Of a stretch of DNA of 64,000 nt, positions 1 through 12,020 are shown piece after piece. The first letter of the stretch is position 1. Each line of letters starts with the position of its first letter. A model generated the notes under the pieces. The model was not told the DNA's origin. It did no database searches and saw nothing but the letters and a program-made list of their open reading frames with translations. The DNA is from Malacoraja senta (Eukaryota), in the NCBI GenBank assembly GCA_038087875.1, contig CM075998.1, positions 4,528,001 through 4,592,000 on the forward strand, given 5' to 3'. The translations under genes were made by a program, and so were the position numbers.

Positions 1-82
1 ATTTTTAAAGTGGAGATGAATCGTTCCTTGATCAGGAAGGGCGTCATAGGTTACAGGGAGAAGGCAAGAGAACGGGGTTGAG

Positions 83-1631
83 TAGCGATGTTACAAAACT
101 TACCTTCAGCGGCGCTGCAGTTCTGCCACTGACCGTGTGCGTGACTTTGGCGCCTTTGAGGGGGGGGGCGGGATTAAAATCCAGTTTTCTACTGCCTGTC
201 CAAGGCGGATTTCCTCGGGCTGCTAGCTGCTGCAGAAAAATTGTTCCGACTTCCAATCCCGATTTTTCTTTTTTTTAATCGTGAGACAATTTCATAATTA
301 TATTAAAATAAAAACTGACTTCTAACGCCGTCAACGCCTACAACGTGACGGATCTCAAGTATGGGACAAAACACGGTGTAAGTTGTTTATTTTACATATA
401 AACGTACTTCTTGGGATGACTTTAATCAATCCTCTATAAGCGAAAATGTGATTTGGGCCCCATACGAACCGGCAGTGTTTTTACTGCCGATATGGGATTC
501 AAATTCACCGCAAATGCAACGTTCCAATCGATTGCGTTCCAGAAGCAAGATGATTAAAATGCCCTTTTTTGGGGGGAGATAAGCCGTCTAAATTGTCTAT
601 ATTTTGTGTTATTCTCTCTCTCCATGATCATTATTTTTAAACTAAATATTCACAACAGTTTGAGTCACATGTATTGTGCAAAAAAGAATAATTTGATTAT
701 ATTTTGGGTGGATGTTTCCAGATTGATTTATGGGAATTAAATATTAAATTCCTTCTATCTAGGATATAAATTCATGACAGTGAGATTTAAAAATCATGTT
801 ATATTGTGAATTCTTGTGTGAATGGGATTAGTTTGTTATTTGGATACTTAGGCTATTTAACAAAATTATCCTTTTCTTAAGAAATGGAATCTACAGGACA
901 TTGTTAATGGGAAAATAGTGGGCAGAAAGGCATGTCATGTGTGGTTTGAAGAGCAAAAACTTGTAGTTTACAATGCCAAAATTGAAAAGTTGAGGAAAAA
1001 CAAGGTGTACAGAGTTGCTTATTGGTTACAATCTGAGGAGTATGATGATGCTACTGATTATGATATGCCAATGTACCAGCTAGCAACTGATCTTCTCCAT
1101 AAAGACTTGGTCTATTGCTAGAAATTGTAATTTATTTACCTATCTGTTACGGATTTACAGCATATAATACAATAATATTAAAGTTCTTATCTTGAGAATA
1201 TCACATTTTTGAATTTTCAAGGCAGTCTGGGTGTTTATTACTATTTCCGTCACAACGGTCAATTTTGTAATTAACTACAATTAGGTAATTAACTAATTTT
1301 ATGCTTTAATTTCAGGTCATCCAAGTAAGATGTTTTATATTTGTTTCAGAATGCTTCAATCTATAATAACTGAACATTTCTTTCAGTTCTCTTGATTTTT
1401 AAGAAAGTTATGGGCTTTTGACTGTCCTCGATCACAGCTTTTGTGTTAAGTCAATGGAAAAGCAATAGGGAACAAGATGCTAATTTCCGAGTATGCAAAT
1501 GGCCATAACTGTTTTAATACTGAAGATATGAAAGTGAATTAGGTGTCAAATTAAACTTCTTTTTATGCTTTATCTGATGGGATAAATTGCAGACTTGATT
1601 TTTTAAATCTCAAAATGTTGTAACATTGCTA
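83..1631 (+). mobile_element. Non-autonomous DNA transposon (hAT-like, possibly hATw), copy 1
   Basis: TIRs TAGCGATGTTACAA / TTGTAACATTGCTA; 7-bp TSD GGTTGAG at 76-82 and 1632-1638; second copy at 58816-60561. Confidence 0.85.
888..1121 (+). pseudogene. C-terminal remnant of the transposon ORF (Spin/Ssty Tudor-like by eye)
   Basis: Open frame NLQDIVNGKIVGRKACHVWFEEQK...MYQLATDLLHKDLVYC* inside the element; the last codons (HKDLVFC*) are also kept in copy 2. Confidence 0.6.
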
Positions 1632-1729
1632 GGTTGAGAGGGAAAAGTAGATCAGCCATGATTGAATGGTCGAGTGGACTCGATGGGCCGAATGTCCTAA
1701 TTCTGCTCCTATGTCTAATGGTCTTCTGC

Positions 1730-2150
1730 ATGCCATGGGGAGGTAGGTTGACTTATTGAGTAGAGGTGATCATTGCCTGGCATTTGCATGACGTAAATGA
1801 TTTTTGCTACTGATCAGCCCATGCGTGCATTTTCGGATTTGCTGCATGTGATAGGGCCTGATCCATTTTCTGAGGAATATTGAGTAGATTTGAACATTGT
1901 GCAATCAAGAGCAAACATCCCCATGTCTGACCTTGATGAGACAACTGAAGATGGTTGGACCTCTGACATTGCCTTGAGGAACTCCTGGAGTGCTATCCTG
2001 CAGCTGGGATGATTGACCTCCAGTTCCTCTTTCAAAATTCTGGAGCATCATTTGGCGGAGTGTGGGAACAAGTAGATTTCTCATTGAGCGCATTTTCAAC
2101 TGGACTCCAGGAGTTCAGCAGCAAATGCATTGTGACACAGCTCAGGTTGG
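1730..2150 (-). mobile_element. Degenerate CR1/L2-group LINE RT fragment
   Basis: Minus-strand GGQSSQLQDSTPGVPQGNVRGPTIF resembles the RT GVPQGSVLGP motif. Confidence 0.65.
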
Positions 2151-2184
2151 AGTGATAAATAAACCAGGCAGGTCTAGGCACAGT

Positions 2185-2361
2185 GTGTAGGAAGGAACTG
2201 CAGATGATGGTTTAAACCAAAGATGGATACAAAAAGCTGGAGCAACTCAGCGGGTCAGGCAGCATCTCTGGAGAGAAGGAATAGGTGACGTTTCGGGTCG
2301 CCGTTTCGGGTCGTCTGCAGAAGGGTCTCGACCCAAAACATCACCTATTCCTTTTCTCCAG
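2185..2361. mobile_element. Penelope-like element terminus, inverted pair (hammerhead cores damaged)
   Basis: GGAGAGAAGGAATAGGTGACGTTTCGGGTCG ... CGACCCAAAACATCACCTATTCCTTTTCTCC. Confidence 0.75.
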
Positions 2362-3180
2362 GCAAAGTGTTTGTATCCTAGATCTGGGCCCCTGAGATCT
2401 GATGCCCAAGACATTTCATCTGAATGTATTAGTTTCTCTCAAAAAACATCTTCCATTCACAGGTCCTCATTCTCACTCGTAGCGCTTCTCCCAGTGCCAG
2501 CTCTTCTGAGTTACTGATAATTTGAACTAAATATTGCCAAGTCGTTCAGTCCTAGAGCTATAAAGCACTCCAGGTCACTTTGTACAGTTCTAACACGACG
2601 TCCCAACTCCGCTCCTCAATACCCTGACCAGTAAATACAAGCATCCCAAACATGTTCACGGAATTATGTACCTGCACCCCTCAGTCTCTCTGTTCTACAA
2701 CACACCCCATTTACTGTGAATGTCTCTGTACTGGTGATGGTAACATCCCAGGGTGGAGTTTGCGAGAAATTAGCACCAGTTTATCGATTGGAAAGGCTGG
2801 AGACAGTCACAGATAAGTGGTCTCAGTACCTGTGACAAATCTAGTGGCATTTTCCTTGAAGAAATAGGTGAGGATAACGAAACTGCCATACTTTGAGAAA
2901 ACAGATGAAGCAAAAAGTAATGAATCCATATTTTTTGAATAATTCGTTATAATTTTAACCTGGACATAGTCGGTAACACGGTGAGCAAATAGGTAGGATC
3001 AGCGAAGCAATTTCAAGACAGATTGTGCCTGAATTTCAATTGTACAGCACATTTATTCACTAAACAACTGAATTGTGGTATAAAATCAAACCTGAAACTT
3101 GATTGATGATTCATTGTATGTGGAAAGCAAATTGCAACCTTCAACACATGCTTTGAGCATTTGATGTACCTATATGTAAT

Positions 3181-3530
3181 AGAGTCAAGAATCAAAAGTG
3201 TTTTACAGTATATCTCTCAAAACGAAACAATGAAATTCTTACTTGCAGCAGCGCAACATATGCATTGTGACAGTGGGCGCCATAGCAAACATCAAAAGGA
3301 ATTCAAAATATAAAAACAAACAAAGAATGTAGTGCAAAGATAAAAACAATGCCCCCAAAGTCCCGAGTGCAATCGCTAGGCAGTTTATAGTTGGAGTTCG
3401 TAGTGTTCATTAGCCTGATGGTTGTTGGGAAGCACCTGCTCCTGAAACCTGGACGTTACAGTTTTTCAGACTCCTGTACCTTCTTCCAGATGGCAGGGGT
3501 GAAACGAGACTATGGGTGGTATGGGTCTCA
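3181..3530 (-). mobile_element. Rex1/Babar-like LINE 3' fragment
   Basis: Similar to the reverse complement of the Rex1 3' end at 26150-26480. Confidence 0.6.
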
Positions 3531-3542
3531 GGGTAAAGATGG

Positions 3543-4190
3543 GTAGAACATAGAACAGTACAGCACAGGCACAGACCCCTCCACCCACAATGTCTGTGCC
3601 GAACATGATGCCATGTTCAACTGATCACATCTGCCTGTACATGATCCATATCCCTCTATTCCCTGCACTTCCATGTGCCCATCTAAAAGCCTCTTAAATG
3701 CCACTATCTGCCTGATTTACAATCAGGTCGGGGGGAGTTCCCCCCGCCACGGGTACCATGTAATCTCATGCTACCTTCTCCATGGTCGGATAGTCGGCGA
3801 CTAAACCGTCTCCCCCACCTGGTGAGGAGGGGGCTGTGGACCCCCAGCAGGACCAAAAACAAGACCTGTCAAAGGGCGGATGAGCTTCTAGCGAGCCAAC
3901 GGCCATCCACACTTCAGTAGAAGTTGCGATCACTGTCGTACATAGCGTTGTAAGGCACCGTGCCCGTTGACGTTTTCAACGATGATGATGATGACCACCA
4001 ACATAGGCCCCACTCTCTGTGTTTAAAAAAAACTTGCCCCGTACATCTTCATTAAACTTGCCCCATCTCACCCTGTAGCTACGCCCTCTGGTCTTTAGAA
4101 TTTAAAGATTTAGACTTTAGTGTTGGACATTTCCACGCTGGGAAAAAGAAGTTCTGACTGTCTACCCTATCTATGCCTCTTGTAGTTATC
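3543..4190 (-). mobile_element. CR1 3' fragment with internal insertion
   Basis: TAGAACATAGAACAGTACAGCACAGG tail; CTACCCTATCTATGCCTC body. Confidence 0.7.
3711..3994 (+). mobile_element. Unclassified short non-autonomous retroelement with (GAT)n tail
   Basis: GC-rich ~280-bp insert in a CR1 ending GTTTTCAACGATGATGATGATGA. Confidence 0.55.
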
Positions 4191-4724
4191 TGGGTAAGAT
4201 TAGCAGGATTTAGACTCATCAGTAATGAAATGACAGTGCTTTTCTAAGTCAAGATGCAGTGTGGCTTGGAGAGCTATCTGCAGTTGGTGGTTTTCCAAAG
4301 TGCCTGTTGCCCTTGCCCTTCTGGGTGGTGGGGATCGTGGGATAGAAGGGGTGCTATTATTTATAGTCTGGTAACTAGAGTGCATTTGTAAATGGCACAC
4401 AGTACAGTAATATTGCAGTATTAGTGGGGGGTCTGCATATTTAGGATGGGGGGGGGATGGGTGTAAATGAGCAGGCTGCCTTGTTCTGGATTACATTGCG
4501 TAGTTGGAGTTGTATTCATTTGGCTGAATGCGAAGTGTTCCATCAGGCTCCTGACATCTGCCTTGTAGGTGATGGAACGATTTGGGGTGTTAGGAAGTGA
4601 ATCACTCACCTCAGGTTATCCATCCTCTGACCCGTTGTGCAGTGAAGACACTTAGGAGGCTAGACCAGTTGAATATCTCATTCCAGTTGAGTGTCTGGTC
4701 AGTGCTGGCCTCTAACAGATTGAA

Positions 4725-5040
4725 TCACTGATTGTTTCACAGCGCTGGAGACCTGGGTTCAATCCCAACTTTGGCTGCTGTCTGTGCAGAGTTTGCAAGT
4801 TCTCCCTGTGACCACGTGGGTTTCCTCCGGGTGCTCTGGTTTTCCTCCCCACATTCCAAAGATGTGCGGGTTTGTAAGTTAATAGCCCTCTGAGAATTGA
4901 CCCTAGTGTGTAGGGAGTGGATGAGAAAGTGGGATAACGTAGAATTAATGTGGATGGGTGATGGATGGTCAGTGTGGACTCGGTGGGCCGAAGGGCTTGA
5001 TTCCATACTGTAACTTTCAATTAATCAATCAATCAATCAA
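4725..5040 (+). mobile_element. HE1-like V-SINE
   Basis: B-box GGTTCAATCCC, V-domain GTGGGTTTCCTCCGGGTGCTCTGGTTT, CR1-like tail GTGGGCCGAAGGGC, (CAAT)n end. Confidence 0.85.
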
Positions 5041-5094
5041 TATGCACAAGTCACAAAACATAGGTTAGACCAACCCATTTGCAATGCCCAAATG

Positions 5095-5283
5095 ACACAA
5101 GTTCACGTTCACGAGTTATAGGAGTAGAATTAGGCCATTCGGCCCATCAAGTCTACTCCACCATTCAATCATGGCTGATCTCTGCCTCCTAATCCCATTT
5201 TCCTGCCTTCTCCCCATAACCCTTGCCACCCATTCTAATCAAGAATTGTCTATCTCTGCCTTAAAAAATATCCACTGACTTGA
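5095..5283 (-). mobile_element. CR1 3' tail fragment
   Basis: GAATTAGGCCATTCGGCCCATC...CCATTCAATCATGGCTGATC. Confidence 0.75.
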
Positions 5284-6382
5284 GGTGAGGGGGGGGAGGA
5301 GACATTTCATGAGCTGTCAAAGCACATATTATAGCCCTGCGATTCACATGACACCTCTACTAGCTCAAGTCATGAACTGAAAGGCTACCCATGCTTAATT
5401 GATTCCCTCACCACTGTTTAAGCTCAGAATACTAAGTAGCAGGTCACCGTGACACCAGTGCCTGGCAATGTCCATCTGCATCATCTCACCATTTACCCTG
5501 ATCATCAATTGCCCTCTCTCTCTCTAACAGAACAGGCATTACTGCAGTGGGTTTGTCTGTTTTTATTTTACAAAAATGTTGTGCAGCATTCAGGGTTTGC
5601 AGAGAAGTTAGCTCTGGCTCCAAAGACACGGAAAAAACCCGTTCAATTTACCTGTATGAGGGCAGCCCTCAAGAGGCTGAACAACAATATCTCATTCAGC
5701 ATGAAGAAGCATTGCTGACCCCATGAGCCACCCCGGTCTCTCACTGTATTCTAACTCTATCTGCATGTGTGTCATTTTCCAGTGATAGCTATCTTCCTGT
5801 CACAAGGGATATCCTTGACTTGTACCATTTAGAAAAGCACACACCAGGGTATTTTAACATAATGTGCCACATGTCACCCATCCTTAGAACATACCTTTCT
5901 TTTCCCATATGCTTATTTATTCTCTTTGTTAGAGCAACCTCCTTAACAGCACTACAGGGAGATGATTAGGCAGTACCACTCCATCTTCAATAGGAAACAG
6001 GGATGAGCACCAAATGTTGACGTCCCACTGATGCCGACTAACAGTGAAGTATAATGAAGAACAAGATATTCCAAACCCCATGGTGACACAATTCCCTTGT
6101 TGCCGTCACTTTGGTACTGTTCATCTCAGTGTCAAGTTCTGCACGTCAGGAAAGCTAGAAGCAAGCAATTTAATATGCCAGCTATTTTTACATATACAAT
6201 CAAGAGCAAAACTATCTATAAGAAATGGTTCAATGTGCAGTCCCTTTGTCCCTGTATTTTCCTCACCAACTGCTTCTACACCGTGCTTCCTCTGCAACAG
6301 CAGCCAAGTTTCTCTCTTGAAGTGGATGAAGTTGCAAAGAGCCGTAAAGTGCGATCTTGAACTTGGCAGTCAATACTCCAAT

Positions 6383-6515
6383 CAGTCTGAAGAAGGGTCC
6401 CGACCCGAAATGTCATCTGTATATTTCCCTCCACGGATGATACCTAATCCACTGAGTTTATCCAGCAGTTTGTTTCTTTTCTCGAGATTGCAGCATCTAC
6501 AGTCTCTTACGTCTT
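6383..6515 (+). mobile_element. Penelope-like terminus with hammerhead-like core
   Basis: CAGTCTGAAGAAGGGTCCCGACCCGAAATGTC. Confidence 0.7.
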
Positions 6516-6799
6516 GTGATTTTCAGGATGTCAGGACCTAGAAGCCCTGGCCTTGGGCTTCACCTTTTCACTACGAGGGGCCCAGGCTGGCTAGCTGATG
6601 GCAATGGTCTCGGGCACTGTCAGAGTGGCCGTGGTGGGAGCATGAATGCTGACATCCATGGTTGTGATCCATCACCATAAATTGTTTTATTCCATGAAAC
6701 CACTGATATTCCCCCAGGTTGGGGGAATCAGTTGGCAATCTACAGTTCATAAGCTCATAAGACACAGGAGCAGAATTAGGCCATTCGGTCCCATCGAGT

Positions 6800-6999
6800 N
6801 NNNNNNNNNNNNNNNNNNNNNNNNNNNNNNNNNNNNNNNNNNNNNNNNNNNNNNNNNNNNNNNNNNNNNNNNNNNNNNNNNNNNNNNNNNNNNNNNNNNN
6901 NNNNNNNNNNNNNNNNNNNNNNNNNNNNNNNNNNNNNNNNNNNNNNNNNNNNNNNNNNNNNNNNNNNNNNNNNNNNNNNNNNNNNNNNNNNNNNNNNNN
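6800..6999. other. Assembly gap (200 N)
   Basis: Run of N. Confidence 1.
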
Positions 7000-7003
7000 T
7001 GGC

Positions 7004-7095
7004 AGGAAGAAGGGTCTCGACCTGAAACGTCACCCATTCCTTCTCTCCAGAGATGCTGCCTGTCCCGCTGAGTTACTCCAGCGTTTTGTGTCTAT
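7004..7095 (+). mobile_element. Penelope-like terminus
   Basis: GAAGAAGGGTCTCGACCTGAAACGTCACCCATTCC...GAGTTACTCCAGC. Confidence 0.75.
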
Positions 7096-7242
7096 GGCAG
7101 GAATATTTCTTTTTCAATTTAACATGAAGGTAGGAAGGGGATCTGTAATGATTTAAATGTTTCTTAAGGGTGCAGAAGAGAGTAACCCAAAGTTTCAAAT
7201 AGATAAATCCCTGAAAATGTGAGTATAGGTGAGTATTGGGTT

Positions 7243-7555
7243 GCATGGTGGAACAGCAGTAGAGTTGTGATCAGTTCTTTCCTGGTTTGATCCTGATAAC
7301 AATTGCTGTCTGTGTGGAGTTTGTACGTTCTCCCTGTGATCTGCATGGGTTTTCTCCGGGTGCTCCGGTTTCCTCCCACACTCCAAAGACGTACAGGTTT
7401 GTAGGCTATTGTCTTGGTAAAATTGTAAATTGTCCCGAGTGTGTGTAGGATAGTATTAGTGTGTGGGACTGCGTGTCGGCGCGGACTTGGTGGGCCGAAG
7501 GGCCTGCTTCCACCCTGTATCTTTACACTAAACTATGCTGTATCACTAAACTAAA
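7243..7555 (+). mobile_element. HE1-like V-SINE
   Basis: tRNA-like head, V-domain GGGTTTTCTCCGGGTGCTCCGGTTTCCTCCCAC, GGGCCGAAGGGCCTG tail, (CTAAA)n. Confidence 0.85.
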
Positions 7556-7881
7556 GGTGGATAATGTAAATACATGAATAGTATTTTAGAAATTGGGGCT
7601 TTTGCATTTCAAGAGCAAAAATGTAATGATAAATTCAAACAAGTCGTAAAGCAAACAGCAAATAAAGAATGTGCATGTTTGGACCCCCCCCCTCCCCCCT
7701 CCCCCCTCCCACCATCAAAACCCCTTATAAAAGTCATAATGAACGTGGAGCATAGATTCACCAAGACGACACCGTGGTGTGAAAACTTTGAGGAGAGAGA
7801 ACAGATGCTGGGATTGTTAAATGCGGATTCAGTAGATTTAAGATTATTAAGCATTTTGATACGTCAAACAAGAGAAAAACT

Positions 7882-7978
7882 GTAGGTGCACAAAAATGCT
7901 GGAGAAACTCAGCGGGTGCAGCAGCATCTATGGAGCGAAGGAAATAGGCAATGTTTCGGGCCGAAACCCTTCTTCAGA
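7882..7978 (-). mobile_element. Solo Penelope-like terminus with hammerhead core
   Basis: Reverse complement CTGAAGAAGGGTTTCGGCCCGAAACATTGCC; flanked by AGAGAAAA(A)CTGT repeats. Confidence 0.75.
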
Positions 7979-9100
7979 AAATCAGAGAAAACTGTTCCTT
8001 CCAGTTGCTGAGGACACATCTTTAATTTAAAATTATCGCTGAAACAGGTAGTGGGAAATTCTTTGCGAAAAGGGCTGCTAGAAAATGCTTATTTCTCATT
8101 GACAGTTTGAACTTCAAAATTCAGTACTAAATTAGTGTGCATCTGAAGATGCATCAGGCTAAACTCTTTATCCTTGTGTAATTTAGAAAGTTTGAGGATA
8201 CTGTACTGGTGATTTCAGCAGGCATGAGCAAGAAGGTACAGTGCAAGGGAGGATGAATCAGGAAAGCAAGTTATGCAGGTGATTATGTCCCTTTAGTATT
8301 GAAACAGTTTAGTATTGAAACAGGGAGCATCATTGGAAGAATGGGTGCGACTAAGAACTTCCTGCACAGAGGTTAAAAGTGCAGATCTCTTTCAATTTAT
8401 TGGCAGGTTTTCACGTAGATATTAATGAAATCCCAGAACCTGGACTGTCATTGGCACGACGAGACACACACTGCAGCTGAGAGATTTTGCAGATATATCT
8501 GCTGTTGCTTGCAAAACCATTTAGAGCAACAGAAAACCTGGCTTGAAATGGTACAAAGATTATGAAGACCACAGATGCTGTTGAGGTTCTGAAAATCAGA
8601 GCTCTCGTGGTAAGCAGTCACAGATTCAAGAGCTGTAAACAAGGTAAAATTGATTTTGTGATGAGATCATACAAGTAACTATAAACTGACAGCATCTACA
8701 ACAACTGCCCTTATTTGATGCTCCTGTGCAGAACTGAGATTGTGTTGGACGCGAGCTTCTATGCCCACCCACCTTTCCTCTCCATTTCACTTCCCATTTC
8801 TCATCAGTTTCTGGCACAGCTGCATGCAAGCTGAACGGATGTCTTTTGTAAAGTACAGACAAGTATTCACTACCTATGAGTATACAGATCAGAGAACCTA
8901 TAATGAATTTGTACTCTGTGAGTTAGCGCTAACGGGGAATTGAATTTCGTCCTTCGTCTTTGCAACTTGCTATACTTAGCCTCAACCTTTTATGCTTTTT
9001 TGTATTGCCACCCAGAAATTCATCTATGATCGTTTACATTAAATATACATTTATAGTTGTGGCTATTATTGCACTAGTTCCATGGGTTTCACTGGAGAAG

Positions 9101-9818
9101 AGGTCTGAAGAAATGTCTCGACCTGAAACATCACCCATTCCTTCTCTCCAGAGATGCTGCCTGTCCCGCTGAGTTACTCCAGTATTTTATGTCTATCTTC
9201 GAACCAAATCTAGGTTGGGTAGAACGCGCAGCCATTATTACATTTGCACGTTTCCTCTCATGAAAGGCAGAATTTCTGCACTCAATGCCTATGCCCTTTG
9301 TGATCAGTCCGCCTCAGCCTACGTGATCAAACACTTTGCCAAACACTTTAAGTCCCCTTCCCATACTTTCTGTCCTGGACCTCCTCCACTGTCAGAGTGA
9401 CAACGTAAATTAGAGGAACAGCACCTCATATTTCGCTTGGCCAGCTTACAACCCAGCAGTATGATTCTTGATTTCTCTAACTTCAAGTAACCCTGCATCC
9501 CCTCTCTCCCCGTCCCTCCCCCACCCTAGTCATTGTACTAGTTTCACAGTCGTCCTGTTGAGTTTCATTGTCTCTATAACTCATAATCACCTAGCCCACA
9601 GCCGACAATGGACCATTGTGGGCTCCACCTTTCATTGATTTTTGTTGCTTTTTGCATATCTTCCATTCATTTGTACTGAGTACCACCTATATCTCTCGTT
9701 CCCCTTTCCCCTGACTCTCAGTCGGAAGAAGGGTATCGACCTGAAACGTCACCTATTCCTTTTCTCCAAAGATGCTGCCTGACCCGTTGAGTTACTCCAG
9801 CTTTTTGTGTCTGTCTTC
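9101..9818 (+). mobile_element. Penelope-like element 3' region: terminus copy, GIY-YIG C-terminal remnant and pseudo-LTR
   Basis: 9401-9490 reads QRKLEEQHLIFRLASLQPSSMILDFSNFK*, preceded by AKHFKSPSH; the hammerhead-type terminus occurs at both 9101-9200 and 9720-9818. Confidence 0.8.
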
Positions 9819-10671
9819 CCTTTACCTTAAGCTCGATTTGATGGAAAAAAGGTACACTGGGTGACATGTCCTACATTACAGAGCATCAATTAAAGCCATG
9901 ATTACCCCCACCCAATTTCTATTATGTACAAAATGAGGATGATTCACTCTATTATTACAGTTAACTATAATTTAGCTTAATTGAATGTTTAGTGCAGTAA
10001 TTTTGCTTCTGAAACTTTTTATTATCATCTTGTGCTTATCTATATTTGGCATCTCTCCAAAGTGAAATGATCAAAACCAGAGGTTCATTGTGTTGAAGCA
10101 TTTCCAAGAAGAGATCTCAAATGGGACAAGGAGTGCATTTGTGAACCTCAACAATAAAGTTAGTGAATACTAATGACCTGCACAAGAACAAAGACTAGCC
10201 ATTGCATCCACTTCTCGTGAGAACACCTTGCTCCTTGCTTTATAAGTAATGATCTCCCAAGTATTATCGAATCACATGATGTAAAAGCAGAATCTTGACT
10301 TTTGACAAATCTCCCTACAAGCAAAACCTACAGCAACAATTTGGTTTGGTTTATTTATTGTCACGTGTACAGAGATACAGTGAAAAGCTCGTTCTGCATG
10401 CAATCCCGTCAAATCATACTATACACGAGTACAATAGATCCTCCTGGAACATCTTGGCACCTTAATGTAGAAAAATATTTCAAAGATTTTTGGAGAGGAA
10501 AAAGCCTCTTTGCACTCCCTAATTCAACTATCAGTCATTCTGAAAGCAAACTATTTCAGATGCTGGAAAAAACAGAACATTCTGGAAGCATGCAGCGGGT
10601 CAGACAGCATCTTGGGGCCGAGAAACAGAGTTAATATTTCAGGTTAATGATCTTTCATTGGAACTGGCCTT

Positions 10672-11897
10672 TCATAGAAACATAGAAACATAGTAAATAG
10701 GTGCAGGAGTAGGCCATTCGACCCTTCGAGCCTGCACCGCCATTCAATATGATCATGGCTGATCATCCAACTCAGTATCGTGTACCTGCTTTCTCTCCAT
10801 ACCCACTGATCCCTTTAGCCACAAGGGCCACATCTAACTCCCTCTTAAATATAGCCAATGAACTGGCCTCAACTACCTTCTGTGGCCGAGAATTCCACAG
10901 ATTCACCACTCTCTGTGTAAAAAATGTTTTTTTCATCTCAGTCCTAAACGATTTCCCCTTTATCCTTAAACAGTGACCCCTTGTTCTGGACTTCCCCAAC
11001 ATCGGGAACAATCTTCCTGCATCTAGCCTGTCCAACCCCTTAAGAATTTTGTAAGTTTCTATAAGATCCCCCCTCAATCTTCTAAATTCTAGCGAGTACA
11101 AGCCGAGTCTATCCAGTCTTTCTTCATATGAAAGTCCTGACATCCCAGGAATCAGTCTGGTGAACCTTCTCTGTACTCCCTCTATGGCAAGAATGTCCTT
11201 CCTCAGATTAGGAGACCCAAACTGTACGCAATACTCCAGGTGTGGTCTCACCAAGACCCTGTACAACTGCAGTAGAACCTCCCTGCTCCTATACTCAAAT
11301 CCTTTTGCTATGAATGCTAACATACCATTCGCTTTCTTCACTGCCTGCTGCACCTGCATGCCTACTTTCAATGACTGGTGTACCATGACACCCAGGTCTC
11401 ATTGCATCTCCCCTTTTCCTAATCGGCCACCATTCAGGTAATAGTCTACTTTCCTGTTTTTGCCACCAAAGTGGATAACCTCACATTTATCCACATTATA
11501 CTGCATCTGCCATGCATTTGCCCACGAACCCAGCCTATCCAGGTCATCTTGCAGCTTCCTAGCACCCTCCTCACAGCTAGCACTGCCCCCCAGCTTCGTG
11601 TCATCCGCAAACTTGGAGATGTTGCATTCAATTCCCTCGTCCAAATCATTAATATATATTGTAAATAGCTGGGGTCCCAGCACTGAGCCTTGCGGTACCC
11701 CACTAGTCACTGCCTGCCATTCTGAAAAGGACCCGTTAACTCCTACTCTTTGCTTCCTGTCTGCCAGCCAGTTCTCTATCCACATCAATACTGAACCCCC
11801 AATACCGTGTGCTTTAAGTTTGTATACTAATCTCTTATGTGGGACCTTGTCGAAAGCCTTCGACAAGGTCCCACATAAGAGATTAGTATACAAACTT
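10672..11897 (-). mobile_element. Young 5'-truncated CR1 LINE (RT C-terminal half) with 5' fold-back
   Basis: ORFs 11399-11956 and 10772-11386: [34 protein letters not shown]; (CATAGAAA)n tail. Confidence 0.95.
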
Positions 11898-11957
11898 GAT
11901 GTAAGGTCATGAACCTGAATCATTAACTTTGTTTTCTCCCTTCTTTCTGTTTGCAAT

Positions 11958-11963
11958 TTCTCT

Positions 11964-12016
<53 letters not shown>
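11958..12016. repeat. (CT)n microsatellite
   Basis: Direct inspection. Confidence 0.95.

Positions 12017-12020
<4 letters not shown>

Larger units (their letters stand above)
1..1725 (+). mobile_element. CR1 LINE 3' end split by a DNA transposon (pieces 1-82 and 1632-1725)
   Basis: GGTTACAGGGAGAAGGCA...GGTTGAG|...|AGGGAAAAGTAGATCAGCCATGATTGAATGG matches the CR1 3' ends seen elsewhere in the window (e.g. 20740-20870). Confidence 0.8.

Noticed and set aside
4740..4770. tRNA gene (also near 30040-30110 and 51810-51880)
   Set aside because: A/B boxes belong to tRNA-derived SINE heads continuing into the V-domain; no cloverleaf
6646..7071. ORFs spanning the N run
   Set aside because: Artefacts of the assembly gap
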